The notes under the pieces were generated by a model. The model was not told where the DNA came from and ran no database searches. It saw nothing but the letters and a program-made list of their open reading frames with translations. Source: Mobula hypostoma (lineage: Eukaryota). From it: DNA of 64,000 nt. Shown here one piece after another: positions 25,550 through 38,793 of this stretch (the first letter of the stretch is position 1; every line of letters begins with the position of its first letter). Position numbers and translations under genes: made by a program. Location: positions 49,106,001 to 49,170,000 of the forward strand of contig NC_086097.1 of assembly GCF_963921235.1 (NCBI RefSeq), read 5' to 3'.

Positions 25550-28013
25550 CTGAGAAAACACAGTTCGAAATAATGGTTATGTTCCACTTCCAGTCAAGCA
25601 TATTCTTTCTCCAATTCTGAGTATTCCGGTAGACTTCCTTTTAACATTTAACACCAATATTGAACACATTTCAAAAAAGCATACTAAACGGACATATTAA
25701 AAATCTGAATCAATATAGGAGACCCAGGAATTACTAAGTGGGTCCAGCACTAGTAGAAATGATGAATAATTGTTTATCTTCCCAAACTTGCTGCCTAACC
25801 TGCTGTGTATGTCTAGCAATTTCTTATTTTGTTATTTTACTGTTTTCTGCTTTGAAAATTGAGTTTTGGATATTCTATTTCACTTTGGGATGAAGAAACT
25901 GAAGAACATTTTTGTGGCCAAGTAGAATGAAGAAAATCGACTTCTAAGGTGATAGGACAAAATGAATTGAAGGGAATGGTGGAAGAGAAACAATGGTGGA
26001 AGACTGACAAGATGGAACAAGAGGACAGAGAGAGGGATGGGAGGAATAGGAGATATTGTGCATGTGGAAAACCTGAAAGGTTGGAATTTAAATTTGCTGC
26101 AGTCCCTTTCAGGCAGCAAGCTCCAAATACACTCCACTTCTCATGCAAACAAAGCTGCTATATTCATCTCTAATTTTTCTACCAATTGCTTTAAACCTAT
26201 GCTTCTTGGTTAATGGTCAAGTTCCAAGGAAGATGAGTCCTTCTTTTCTACTTTATCAGAGTTCATTATAGTGTTATACTCCTCAGTTAGATCTCTTTTA
26301 TCTCATCTGTAGCAGGGATAACAATGTGGTCTTCTCTGGTCTTTCCCCATCCTGTCCTGGAAATATCTACATGATCTTCCACAGCAGTCACTTTCTTTAT
26401 AAATTGATAGAATAGGCTGCAGATGCTGGAAACTGGAGCAACAAATATTCTGCTTGAGGAACTCAGCAGGTTGAGCAGCATTTTTGATCAGTTGAACTTT
26501 TGGGGCACAAGCTTGACCTCTTTCTGTAATGTACTGACCAAAAGTGAATAGAGGTCTTTGGCTGAGGCCCAAATTGCATTTTATCCAATTCTCTGTGATA
26601 GTTCTGCCCTTGTATTCTTTGCCTTGGCTTATAAAGTATTGCATATCTCTTCACATCCACTTTGTCTATTGCTCCCATTGCTGAAATCAAAGCAGCAGGA
26701 GAAAGGGAGAGACACCCACCAGTTAGACACCCCATCAAGAAGATTTTCATTCACTTAAGTGAAGCTTCTTTTGGGAGGGAAACAATATACAGTACAATGT
26801 CCCCTAAAGGGCAGTAGAGAAAAACTATAAGACTACAAGATATAGGAACTAAAACAGGCCATTTGGCCCATCGAGTCTGCTCTGCCATTTCATCATGGCT
26901 GATGCAATTTTCTTATCAGCCCCAATCTCCTGTCTTCTCCCTGTATTCCTTCATGACATGATTTTTCAAGAATCTATCAAACTCTGCCTTAAATATACAG
27001 AAAGACTTGGCCTCCACAGCTGTGTGTGGCAAAGAATTCCACAGAGTCACCACTCTCTGGCTAAAGAAATTCCACTCTCTGGTTAAAGAATTTCCTCCTC
27101 ATCCCCATTCTAAAAGGACGCTCCTCTATTCTAAGGCTGTGTCCTCTGGTCTTAAACTCTCCCACCAGAGAAAATATCCTCACATCATCTACTATATCAA
27201 GGCCTTTCACCATTTGATAGGTTTCAATGAGGTCACCCTTCATTCTTTTGAATTCTCATGAATAAAGGTCCAAAGCCATCTATTGCTCTTCATATGACAA
27301 GCCATTCAGTCCTGGAATCATTTTTGTGACCATTCTTTGAACCCTCTCCAGTTTCAACACATCCTTTCTAAGATAAGGACACCAAACCTTCTTACAATAC
27401 TCCAAGTGAGGTCCCACCAGTGCTTTATAAAGTTTCAACAATACATTCTTGCTTTTATATTTTAGTAGTCTTGAAACGAATGCAAACATTGCATTTGCCA
27501 TCCTCACCACAGACTCAACCTGCAAATGAACCTTTATAGAATCCTACACAAGGACTCCCAAGTCCCTTTGCACCTCAGTCTTTTTGTATTTTCTCTCCGT
27601 TTAGAAAATAGTCAACCCTTTCATTTCTTCTGCCAAAGTGCATAACCATACACTTCCCGACACAGTAATCTATTTGCCATTTTTGCCCATTCTCCTAATC
27701 TGTCTGTCCTTCTGTAGCCTCTCTACTTCTTCAAAACTACTTGACCCTCCACCTATCTTCATGTTGTCTACAAACTTTGCAAAAAAACCATCAATTCCAT
27801 CATCTAAGTCATTGACATATAATGTAATAAGAACCAGTCCCAATGCATATCCCAGTGAACACCACTATTTATGGGCAGCCAGCCAGAAAAGGCTCCCTTT
27901 ATTCCCATTCTTTGCTCCTGCTAATCAACCACTGTTTTATCCATGCTAGAATCCTTTCTGTAATGCCATGGGCTCATAGCTTGTTAAGCAGCCTCATGTG
28001 TGTCACCTTATCA

Positions 28014-29923
28014 TAGAAACATAGAATATAGGTGCAGGAGTAGGCCATTCAGCCCTTCGAGCCTGCACCGCCATTCAGTATGATCATGGCTGATCATCCA
28101 ACTCAGAACCCTGTACCTGCCTTCTCTCCATACCCCCTGATCCCTTTAGCCACAAGGGCCTTATCTAACTCCCTCTTAAATATAGCCAATGAACTGGCCT
28201 CAACTGTTTCCTGTGGCAGAGAATACCTCAGATTCACCACTCTCTGTGTGAAGAAGTTTTTCCTCATCTCAGTCCTAAAAGGCTTCCCCTTTATACTTAA
28301 ACTGTGAGCCCTCGTTCTGGACTTCCCCAACATCAGGAACAATCTTCCTGCATCTAGCCTGTCCAATCCCTTTAAAATTTTATACATTTCAATAAGATCG
28401 TCCCTCAATCTTCTAAATTCCAGCGAGTATAAGCCTAGTCGATCCAGTCTTTCATCATATGAAAGTCCTGCCATCCCAGAAATCAATCTGGTGAACCTTC
28501 TTTGTACTCCTTCTATGGTAAGAATGTCTTTCCTCAGATTAGGGGACCAACACTGCACACAATACTCCAGGTGTGGTCTCACCAAGGCCTTATACAACTG
28601 CAGCAGAACCTCCTTGCACCTGTACTCGAATCCTCTTGCTATGAATGACAGCATACCATTCGCCTTTTTCACCGCCTGCTGTACCTGCATGCCCATTTTC
28701 AATGACTGGTGTATAATGACACCTAGGTATCGTTGCACCTCCCCTCTTCCTAATCGGCCACCATTCAGATAATAATCTGTTTTCCTGTTCTTGCCACCAA
28801 AGTGGATAACCTCACATTTATCCACATTAAATTGCATCTGCCATGAATTTGCCCACTCACCTAACCTATCCAAGTCACCCTGCATCCTCTTAGCATCCTC
28901 CTCACAGCTAACACTGCCACCCAGCTTCGTGTCATCCGCAAACTTGGAGATGCTGCATTTAATTCCCTCATCTAAGTCATAAATATATACTGTAAACAAC
29001 TGGGGTCCCAGCACTGAGCCTTGCGGTACCCCACTAGTCACTGCCTGCCATCCTGAAAAGGTCTCGTTTATTCCCACTCTCTGCTTCCTGTCTGCCAACC
29101 AATTCTCTATCCACATCAATACCATACCCCCAATACCGTGTGCTTTAAGTTTGCACACTAATCTCCTGTGTGGGACCTTGTCAAACGCCTTTTGAAAATC
29201 CAAATATACCACATCCACTGGTTCTCCCCCATCCACTCTACTAGTCACATCCTCAAAAAATTCTATGAGATTTGTCAGACATGATTTTCCTTTCACAAAT
29301 CCATGCTGACTTTGTCCGATGATTTCACCGCTTTCCAAATGTGCTGTTATCACATCTTTGATAACTGACTGTAGCATTTTCCCCACCACCGATGTCAGGC
29401 TTACTGGTCTATAATTCCCTGGTTTCTCTCTCACTCCTTCTTTAAAAAGCGGGGTTACATTAGCCACCCTACAATCCTCAGGAACTAATCCAGAATCTAA
29501 AGAGTTTTGAAAAATTATCACTAATGCATCCACTATTCCTTGGGCTACTTCCTTAAGCATGCTGGGATGCAGACCATCTGGCCCTGGGGATTTATCTGCC
29601 TTTAATCCCTTCAATTTACCTAACACCACTTCCCTACTAACATGTATTTCCCTCAGTTCCTCCATCTCACTGGACCCTCGGTCCCCTACTATTTCCGGAA
29701 GATTATTTATGTCCTCCTTAGTGAAGACAGAACCAATGTAGTTATTCAATTGGTCTGCCATGTCCTTGTTCCCCATGATCAATTCACCTGTTTCTGTCTG
29801 TAGGGGACCTACATTTGTCTTAACCAATCTTTTTCTTTTCACATATCTATAAAAGCTTTTACAGTCAGTTTTTATGTTCCCTGCCAGCTTTCTCTCATAA
29901 TCTTTTTTCCCTTTCCTAATTAA
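28014..29923 (-). mobile_element. Young 5'-truncated CR1 LINE with uninterrupted 579-aa RT/C-terminal ORF
   Basis: ORF 28103..29842 ('KSPGPDG', 'NYRPVSLTS', 'YLDFQKAFDKVPH', 'GVPQGSVLGP', 'KFADDTKL'); flanking repeat TTATCA at 28008-28013 and 29924-29929. Confidence 0.95.
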
Positions 29924-30017
29924 TTATCAAAGGCTTTCTGAAAATACAAGTACACAACATCAACTGATTCTCCTTGTTTATCCTGCTTGTTATTTCTTCA
30001 AGGAATTCCACAGATTT

Positions 30018-30829
30018 CACAGGCTTAGAGGAGACGATGGCACCTAACAGCGACTCCTTTGCTTTCATCTTCAGAAACAGCTCTATTTCCATCTTTAATA
30101 TCTCTAGTTTTCCCTTTAAGGGTTCTTTTGAAGACTCTGACCTGGAGTTACATGCTGACTTCGGTTCTTCACGGGAATGGGACCAGCTCTAGGGGTTTCA
30201 CAACTAGCTGTTATTCGATTTGCCAAGGATGCGGCCTAAGAGATTAGCTCGTCTCCGGAGTTCCAGGATATCGTGACTCTGGAGATGGGTGGACCAAAGG
30301 TTGGTGTCCCGGCAGGAAATCGGTGTGTTGTGGAAGATGAAAGATCTCTGGTTGTGTGCCCAGAGACCCGAGATCTTTGGGCACAGAGCTCGGGAAGAGC
30401 ATCACAATGCACTTTCAACATTGTAAATCAGCCAGTTGTTTATTATGTCTCCCCTCTCACTGTGAAAAGGAGGCATAACTTTCTCTTTTCTTAGGGACAG
30501 AGAGAGCCTGTGGTACGTCGAATATCGGGTGAACAAGTAGTCATTGGTAACTGCAGGTCTGTGTCTTTACTGTTGCTTTGCTGCACGCTTGAATGCTCGA
30601 TGGTGGGTGCCAATGCTTTTTTTTTGCTGGTGGGGGAGGGAGTTTGTTGCTTTGCTGCTGCTTACGTGTGGGAGGGGAGAGCTGGGGGGGCTGTGGGGTT
30701 ATAACATTTAACTGTCATTCATTCTTTGGGGGCACTCCTCTGTTTTCATGGATGGTTGTGAAGAAAAAGCATTTCAGGATGTATATTGTATACATCTCTC
30801 TGACATTAAATGTACCTTTGAAACCTTCG
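30018..30829 (+). mobile_element. Unclassified ~810-bp non-coding retroposon inserted in CR1
   Basis: Interrupts CR1 with AGATTT on both sides; starts 'agaggagacgatggcacc'; ends '...gttgtgaagaaaaagcatttcaggatgtatattg...gacattaaatgtacctttgaaacctt'. Confidence 0.6.
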
Positions 30830-31599
30830 AGATTTGTCAGTCAAGATTTTCCATTAACGAAACCATGCTGACTACAGTCTATTTTATCATGTGCCTCCAA
30901 GTACGCGCATCATTAATAATTGACTCCAACACCTTCCAAAGCACTGAGGTCAGACTAACCGGCCGATAGTTTCGTCTCTTCTGCCTCTCTCCCTTCTTGA
31001 AGAGGGAAGTGATATTTGCGATTTTCCAGTCTTCTGGAACAATTCCAAAATCTAGTGATTCTTGAAAGATCATTACTAATACCGCCATGTTCTCTTCAGC
31101 CACCTCTTTCAGAACTCTGGCGTTCTACCGCGCTAGCATCACTTTCTAGCAGTCTGATATCCACCCTCGCCTCTCTTTTACATTTTATGTATCTGAAGAA
31201 ACTTTTGGAATTTCTTCTTTAATATTATTAGCTAGCATTCATATTCCATCTTTATCTTCTTAATGACTTTTTAATTGCCTTCTGTTGGTTCTTGAAAGCT
31301 TCCCAATCCTCTAATTTCCCACTAATTTTTGCTCTATTATATGCCCTCTCTTTGGCTTTTATTTTGGCTTTACCTTCTCTTGTTAGCCACGGATGTGTCA
31401 TCTTTCCTTCCTCTTTGGGATGTATATATCCTGTGCCTTCCAAATTCCTTCTAGAAATTCCGGTCATTGCTGCTCTGCCATCATCCCTGCCAGTGTTCTT
31501 TTCCAATCAATTCTGGCCAACTCCTCCTTCATGCCTCTGTAGTTCCCTCTACTCCACTGTAATACTGATACACCTGACTTTAGCTTCTCCTAAAGGGCA

Positions 31600-34505
31600 G
31601 GACTATTGTAGGAAAGCCTCCAGATCACCAGATCAATGGTAGGAAAGCCGTGGAGAAAATCTGAAGGACAGGATTTATGCACACAAGGAAAGCAGGTACT
31701 GATAAAGATGAGTTGTCGTGGTTTCTCAAAGGTGATATCATCTCTCAAAAATCTGATTGAGTGTTTTGAGGTAACTAATACATGAAGGCTGAATAATAGA
31801 TATGATTACATGGATGAGAACGTAGGTACATTAGTAAATAAATTAGGTGGAATGTAAATGGATTGAATTTAATCCAGGTAAGAGTAACTTAGTGCACTTT
31901 GGGAGGTCAGATTCTGTTAGGACATATAGAGAATGTGGCTGGGACCTTAGGAGTGCTGATGAATGGAGAGACAATGGGATGCAAGCCCATAGATCCATGA
32001 ACATGGTGACACAGATAGAAAGGTATCGGTATGCTTACCTTCATAGGCCAGGGCATTGAATAGAAGAGGTGGGATTTCATTTTACATTTATACAAAATAC
32101 TGTTTAGCCCAGACTTAGAATATTGTATCATGTGTACCAGCAGGTTACAGAGATAAGAGATGATCAAGCCACGTTTTTCTCTTTGAGCTTGAGAGGTGAC
32201 TTGATAGATGTGTGCACTAAAAGATTATAAGAGGCATAAATAGAGTGGAAAGCTATCGCCCTTTTCCCAGAGTGGCACAGGCTAATACCAGAGGCCATCC
32301 TTTTTAGGAAAGTTTAGGGGAGATAACAGACGTAGGTTATTTTTTTAAACAGAGAGTACTAACTGCCTGGACTACATTGCAGGGGATTGTGATATAGGTT
32401 GTTGCATTGGGGACATTTTAGGGACTCTTAGATAGGCACATGGTGAAAATAAATGATGTTGAAAGTTTAAGCAAATCCGCTGATAGAAAGGTTGTGTGTG
32501 GTGGTAAAAATCTTCTGAGGTGTATATATTTCAATGCTAGGAGTATTGCGGGGAAGGCGGATGAGTTGAGAGCGTGGATTGACACGTAGAATTATGACGT
32601 TGTAGCAATTAGTGAAACTTGGCTACAGGAGGGGCAGGACTGGCAGCTTAATATTCCAGGGTTCTGATGTTTCAGATGTGATCGAGGCAGAGGAATGAAA
32701 GGTGGGGGAGTAGCATTGCTTGTTAGGGAAAATATTACAGCAGTGCTCAGGCAGGACAGATTAGAGGGCTTGTCTACTGAGTCCTTATGGGTGGAGCTGA
32801 GAAACAGGAAAGGTATGGCCACATTAGTGGGATTGTATTACAGACCACCCAATAGTCAACGAGACTTGGAAGAGCAAATCTGCAGAGAGATAGCAGACAA
32901 CTGCAGGAAACATAAAGTTGTGGTGGTAGGGGATTTTAATTTTCCATACATTGATTGGGACTCCCATACTGTTAGGGGTCTAGATGGTTTAGAGTTTGTA
33001 AAATGTGTTCAGGAAAGTTTTCTAAATCAGTATATAGAGGGACCAACTAGAGGGGATGCAATATTGGATCTCCTGATAGGAAACGAATTAGGGCAAGTGA
33101 TGGAAGTCTGTGTAGGGGAGCACTTTGGTTCCAGTGATCATAACACCATTAGTTTCAACTTGATCATGGACAAGGATAGATCTGGTCCTAGGGTTGAGGT
33201 TCTGAACTGGAAGTAAGCCAAATTTGAAGAAATGAGAAAGGATCTAATAAGCGTGGATTGGGACAGGTTGTTCTCTGGCAAAGATGTGATTGGTATGAAG
33301 ATTGATACAAAGATTGGAGGTGTAGTAGACAGTGAGGAAGGTTTTCAGAGCCTGCAGAGGGACTTGGACCAGCTGGAAAAATGGGCTGAAAAATGGCAGA
33401 TGGAGTTTAATATTGATAAGTGTGAGGTATTGCACGTTGGAAGGACAAACCAACATAGAACATACAGGGTTAATGGTAAGACACTGAGGAGTGCAGTGGA
33501 ACAGAGGGATCTGGGAATACAGATACAAAATTCCCTAAAAGTGTCGTCACAGGTAGATAGGGTCGTAAAGAGAGCTTTTGGTACATTGGCCTTTATTAAT
33601 CGAAGTATTGAGTATAAGAGCTGGAATGTTATGATAAGGTTGTATAAGGCATTGGTGAGGCCGAATCTGGAGTATTGTGTTCAGTTTTGGTCACCAATTT
33701 ACAGGAAGGATATACATAAGGTTGAAAGAGTGCAGAGAAGGTTTACAAGGATGTTGCCGGGACTTGAGAAACTCAGTTACAGAGAAAGGTTGAATAGGTT
33801 AGGACTTTATTCCCTGGAGCGTAGAAGAATGAGTGGAGATTTGATAGAGGTATATAAAATTATGATGGGTATAGATAGAGTGAATGCAAACAGGCTTTTT
33901 CCACTGAGGCAAGGGGAGAAAAAAACCAGAGGACATGGGTTAAGGGTGAGGGGGGGAAAGTTTAAAGGGAACATTAGGGGGGGCTTCTTCACACAGAGAG
34001 TGGTGGGAGTATGGAATGAGCTGCCAGACGAGATGGTAAATTCGGGTGCTTTTTTAACATTTAAGAATAAATTGGACAGATACATGGATGGGAGGTGTAT
34101 GGAGGGATATGGTCCGTGTGCAGGTCAGTGGGACTAGGCAGAAAATGGTTCGGCACAGCCAAGAAGGGCCAAAGGGCCTGCTTCTGTGCTGTAGTTTCTA
34201 TGGTTCTATGGTTCTATGGATGAATGAAACATGGAGGGTTATGGGCCATTTGGGAGGAAAGTTTGGATTGATCAAGATCTGCACAACATTGTTGACCAAA
34301 AGGCACATACTGTGCTGGATTGTTCTACGTTCTATGTTCACAAGGATGTTGCTTGGAATGGGGTATTGTAGTTATAAGAAAAAATTGGATATCCATATAG
34401 ATATATGGATATAAAAGTCCTAGAGGGATATGGGCCTTTTGTGGACAGAGGATTAGCATAGTTCGGCATCAGAGTCAGTAGGAATGCAGTAGGTCATAAA
34501 GGCCT
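31600..34505 (+). mobile_element. Degraded CR1 3' fragments surrounding a younger CR1
   Basis: 'IEFNPGKSNLVHFGRS', 'gagaggtgacttgataga'; the 3' UTR resumes at about 34216. Confidence 0.65.
32460..34216 (+). mobile_element. CR1 LINE with large internal deletion: APE endonuclease fused to the RT C-terminal part
   Basis: 'YFNARSI...DVVAISETW', 'YYRPPN', 'VVGDFNFP', 'GSSDHN', then an abrupt join near 33295 to 'DTKIGGVVDSEE...'; (ttctatgg)n tail. Confidence 0.9.
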
Positions 34506-35339
34506 ACTTCTGTTCTGTACATTACTAAGTTTCTAAAATATTGCAACCCATGCCAACTACAGATGCTTTTCGGTTTTGTATCGAGCCTGAGTTCAGTTCT
34601 GCTACCTACTGGTCAGCCACACACTTTGCTCGCTGATTACTAGAAAACCTGATCTGTAACTGATCCATAATGGTGTGCTCTGGAAAAACTCATTGTTTGA
34701 TTTCTTCCAATCTCCTTGACGTTAAACACCTTCCCTGTACTTCATAATTTGTCCTAAAAGATGCTTTATAAATAGGAGTCTCTGGGCTATGTCAGGATTA
34801 AAGCTTGCTATTTAGAAACACTAAATACAGTTCCATTAGTAGTTACAAATACATACTGTGCAGTTATAATTTTTGCTTCAGAAATTGTGCTTTATCTGAA
34901 GAAAGCTCATTACTATTCAATTTACTTATTAAAATAATGCAAGTTGACAATAATTTGAATATTGTCAGGATGTAACTGTTACTACCCGTTATCCTAGCAC
35001 ACTCTTGGTACAGTTGTCTGACAAAAATGGCAGCAGACTTGTGAGGCTGGTTGCACTGCAACGAATCAAATCTAGCCAGAGAATTGGCAAAGATGGTGGA
35101 TTAGAGAACGCTTGGAGAATTATTAGAGGGAACAATAAATAAAATATTTGATTCATCTTATTGAAAATGGCACAGTTGAATCAGGGTTCATGTAACCTTG
35201 GCAATGAAAGGTTTTTGTTTTACACAGAACAGAATTTCACCAGTAAGTGGAGTGTGGCATAACAGTGGAGTTTAGCAATTTAGTGTACAATGGTACTGAG
35301 TGGTGGGAGTTGCACCAGCCATCGACATATACTAAGTGC

Positions 35340-35837
35340 TGCACAAAGAATTACATGGTCTTCTGCTGCTGCTTGTAGCCCATCCACTTCAATGTTTGAC
35401 GTGCTGTGCATTCAGAGATGCTCTTCTGCACACCACTGCTGGAACACATGTTTATTTCAGTTACTGTTGCCTTCCAGTCTGCTTGACTCAATCTGGCCAT
35501 TCTCCTCTGACCTCTTTCATTAACAAGGCGTTTTTACCACAGATCAGCAGCTCACTAGATTTATTTTGTTTTCTACACCATTCTCTATCAACACTTGAGA
35601 AGGTTATGTGTGAAAATGCCAGGAGTTTCTGAGATACCACTTCTGACACCTACAATCATTCCACAGTCAAAGTCACTTAGGTCACATTTCTTCCCCAGTC
35701 TGATGTTTGGACTGAACAACAAGTGAATCTCTTGACCATGTCTGCATGCTTTTATACATTGAGTTGCTGCCACAGGATTGGCTGATGAGATAATTGCATT
35801 AACATGCAGGTGTACCAAATAAAATAGCCACTGAGTG
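35340..35837. mobile_element. Non-autonomous Tc1/mariner-type element, one end preserved
   Basis: Right end 'gtgtaccaaataaaatagccactgagtg|TA'; interior resembles Tc1-derived MITEs I recall from fish genomes. Confidence 0.6.
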
Positions 35838-36118
35838 TAATCTTACAATAGAATTCTTAAAAATAAATAATGGCGGAGCTACGGATGGTGACAATCGTGG
35901 AGGGGAAAACGAGGTGAAAGGGTACGGAGTAAAATTTAAGGAAATAAAAAACAAGCAGAATGTTTACAACTCAGGCCAGTTTTGAAGAACAGTAAAATAC
36001 TAAAGGTTATTATCCTCTACAAATATATTCTATTTCTAAACCCTGTTATTGGCTAGTGCCCAGATAGATAAAGTAACTTGAATGTGAATATTCACTGGCA
36101 GAATTTCATTTCACACAC

Positions 36119-36285
36119 CTTGCAGCCCCCACAGCTCCAGGACCAGTGCATGTGTCTTCAGATAGCTGAGGAAATCCGGTGTAACATGTCCAATTGTGAA
36201 ATGCATTGAATAATCCAGGAGAGGGTTAGTATTATCCCAGACAGCAGGGGTATAGAATGTTGTAGGGAGACTGTACATTATAAAT
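36119..36285 (-). CDS. KIF28: KIF28-like kinesin exon
   Basis: tttgttgcag|A...CAA G|GTGTGT; 167 nt, phase 2 to 1; FIMYSLPTTFYTPAVWDNTNPLLDYSMHFTIGHVTPDFLSYLKTHALVLELWGLQ. Confidence 0.88.
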
Positions 36286-36499
36286 CTGCAACAAAAAAGA
36301 CACATGTTTTATTACAATGGGTTTTTGATGAATGACAATATGGAATAATAAAATTCAAAATTTATACCAAACATTAATAAAGGTAATGCTCTGTGAGTTG
36401 GATAGTTTCATAATATTGTTGTGAATTAATATTTAGTATCTTTCCTCCTTTAATGTAGATTCATGATATTAAGGTTTTGCAGACTTTAATAAAGATTAA

Positions 36500-38620
36500 A
36501 CATATTTATAAGATCCTGGTCATACCTCACATGGAGTACTGTGCTCAGTTCTGGTCACCTCACTACAGGAAGGATGTGGAAACCATAGAAAGGGTGCAGA
36601 GAAGATTTACAAGGATGTTGCCTGGATTGGGGAGCATGCCTTATGAGAATAGGTTGAGTGAACACGGCCTTTTCTTCTTGGAGCGACGGAGGATGAGAGG
36701 TGACCTCATAGAGGTGTACAAGATGATGAGAGGCATTGATCGTGTGGATAGTCAGAGGTTTTTTCCCAGGGCTGAAATGGCTAGCACGAGAGGGCACAGT
36801 TTTAAGGCGCTTGGAAGTAGGTACAGAGGAGATGTCAGGGGTAAGTTTTTTACGCAGAGAGTGGTGAGTGTGTGGAATGGGCTGCCGGCGACGGTGGTGG
36901 AAGCGGATACGATAGGGTCTTTCAAGAGACTCCTGGATAGGTACATATAGCTGAGAAATATAGAGGATTATTGGTAACCCTAGGTGATTTCAGGTCATGC
37001 TTTATTGATCTCGGGGGAAATTGGTTTTCGTTACAGTTGCACCATAAATAATTAAATAGTAATAAAACCATAAATAGTTAAATAGTATTATGTAAATTAT
37101 GCCAGGAAATAAGTCCAGGACCAGCCTATTGGCTCAGGGTGTCTGACCCTCCAAGGGAGGAGTTGTAAAGTTTGATGGCCACAGGCAGGAATGACTTCCT
37201 ATGATGCTCTGTGCTGCATCGCGGTGGAATGAGTCTCTGGCTGAATGTACTCCTGTGCCCAACCAGTACATTATGTAGTGGATGGGATCATTGACCAAGA
37301 TGGCATGCAACTTAGACAGCATCCTCTTTTCAGACACCACCGTCAGAGAGTCCAGTTCCATCCCCACAACATCACTGCCTTACGAATGAGTTTGTTGATT
37401 CTGTTGGTGTCTGCTACCCTCAGCCTGCTGCCCCAGCACACAACAGCAAACATGATCACACTGGCCACCACAGACTCATAGAACATCTTCAGCATCATCC
37501 GGCAGATGTTAAAGGACCTCAGTCTCCTCAGGAAATAGAGACGGCTCTGACCCTTCTTGTAGACAGCCTCAGTGTTCTTTGACCAGTCCAGTTTATTGTC
37601 AATTCGTATCCCCAGGTATTTGTAATCCTCCACCATGTCCACACTGACCCCCTGGATGGAAACAGCTCTCCTCAGGTCTACCACCAGCTCCTTAGTCTTT
37701 TTCACATTAAGCTTCAGATAATTCTGCTCACACCATGTGACAAAGTTTCCTACCGTAGCCCTGTACTCAGCCTCATCTCCCTTGCTGATGCATCCAACTA
37801 TGGCAGAGTCATCAGAAAACTTCTGAAGATGACAAGACTCTGTGCAGTAGTTGAAGTCCGAGGTGTAAATGGTGAAGAGAAAGGGAGACAAGACAGTCCC
37901 CTGTGGAGCCCCAGTGCTGCTGATCACTCTGTCGGACACAGTGTTGCAAGCACACGTACTGTGGTCTGCCAGTCAGGTAATCAAGAATCCATGACACAAG
38001 GACAGCATCCACCTGCATCATTGTCAGCTTCTCCCCCAGCAGAGCAGGGCGGATGGTGTTGAACGCACTGGAGAAGTCAAAAAACATGACCCTCACAGTG
38101 CTCGCTGGCTTGTCCAGGTAGGCGTAGACACAGTTCTGCAGGTAGACAATGGCATTCTCAACTCCTAGTCGGGGCTGGTAGGCGAACTGGAGGGGATCTA
38201 AGTGTGGCCTGACCATAGGCCGGAGCAGCTCCAGAACAAGTCTGTCCAGGGTCTTCATGATGTGGGAAGTCAATGCCACCAGTCTGTAGTCATTGAGACC
38301 GCTGGGGCGCGGCGTCTTCGGCACAGGGACGAGGCAGGACATCTTCCACAGCACAGGAACCCTCCGGAGCCTCAGGCTCAGCTTGAAGACATGACGAAGT
38401 ACTCCACATAGCTGAGGGGCACAGGCTTTGAGCTCCCTGGTACTGACACCATCCGGTCCTGCAGCCTTGCTTGGGTTGAGACGTTTCAGCTGTCTTCTCA
38501 CCTGTTCAGCTGTGAAGCCCACCGTGGTGGTTTCGTGAGGGTTTCTAAAGTAAGTACATGTTCAGCACAGCATTGTGGGCCAAAGGACCTGTATTGTGCT
38601 GTAGGTTTTCTATGTTTCCA
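36500..38620 (+). mobile_element. CR1 3' end split by a Rex1 insertion (36500-36991 and 38541-38620)
   Basis: ORF 36477..36950 'PHMEYCAQFWSPHYRKD'; 3' UTR 'ggtaaccctaggtgatttc' resumes as 'tttctaaagtaagtacatgttc'. Confidence 0.85.
36995..38538 (-). mobile_element. Rex1/Babar copy 2 (same family as 20771-22599)
   Basis: ORFs 37812..38522, 37343..37939, 37134..37367 nearly identical to copy 1, with small deletions and frameshifts. Confidence 0.92.
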
Positions 38621-38793
38621 TGCCTACTAAAATCCATGTAGACAACATCCACTGCCCTACCCTCATCTATCTCCCTTATCACCTTGTTAAAAAATTCAAT
38701 CAAGTTATTTGTTTGGGAATTGTTTCTGTTTCACGTCTGCTATTAGTGAAGAGATTTTTGGGATACCATGTTGTGTGAATCTGACTCATATCA

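Larger units (their letters stand above)
26825..31590 (-). mobile_element. Older CR1 LINE hosting two nested insertions
   Basis: CR1 ORF2 fragments 27061..27525, 30879..31103, 31252..31506; collinear across the insertions at 28014-29923 and 30018-30829. Confidence 0.85.
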
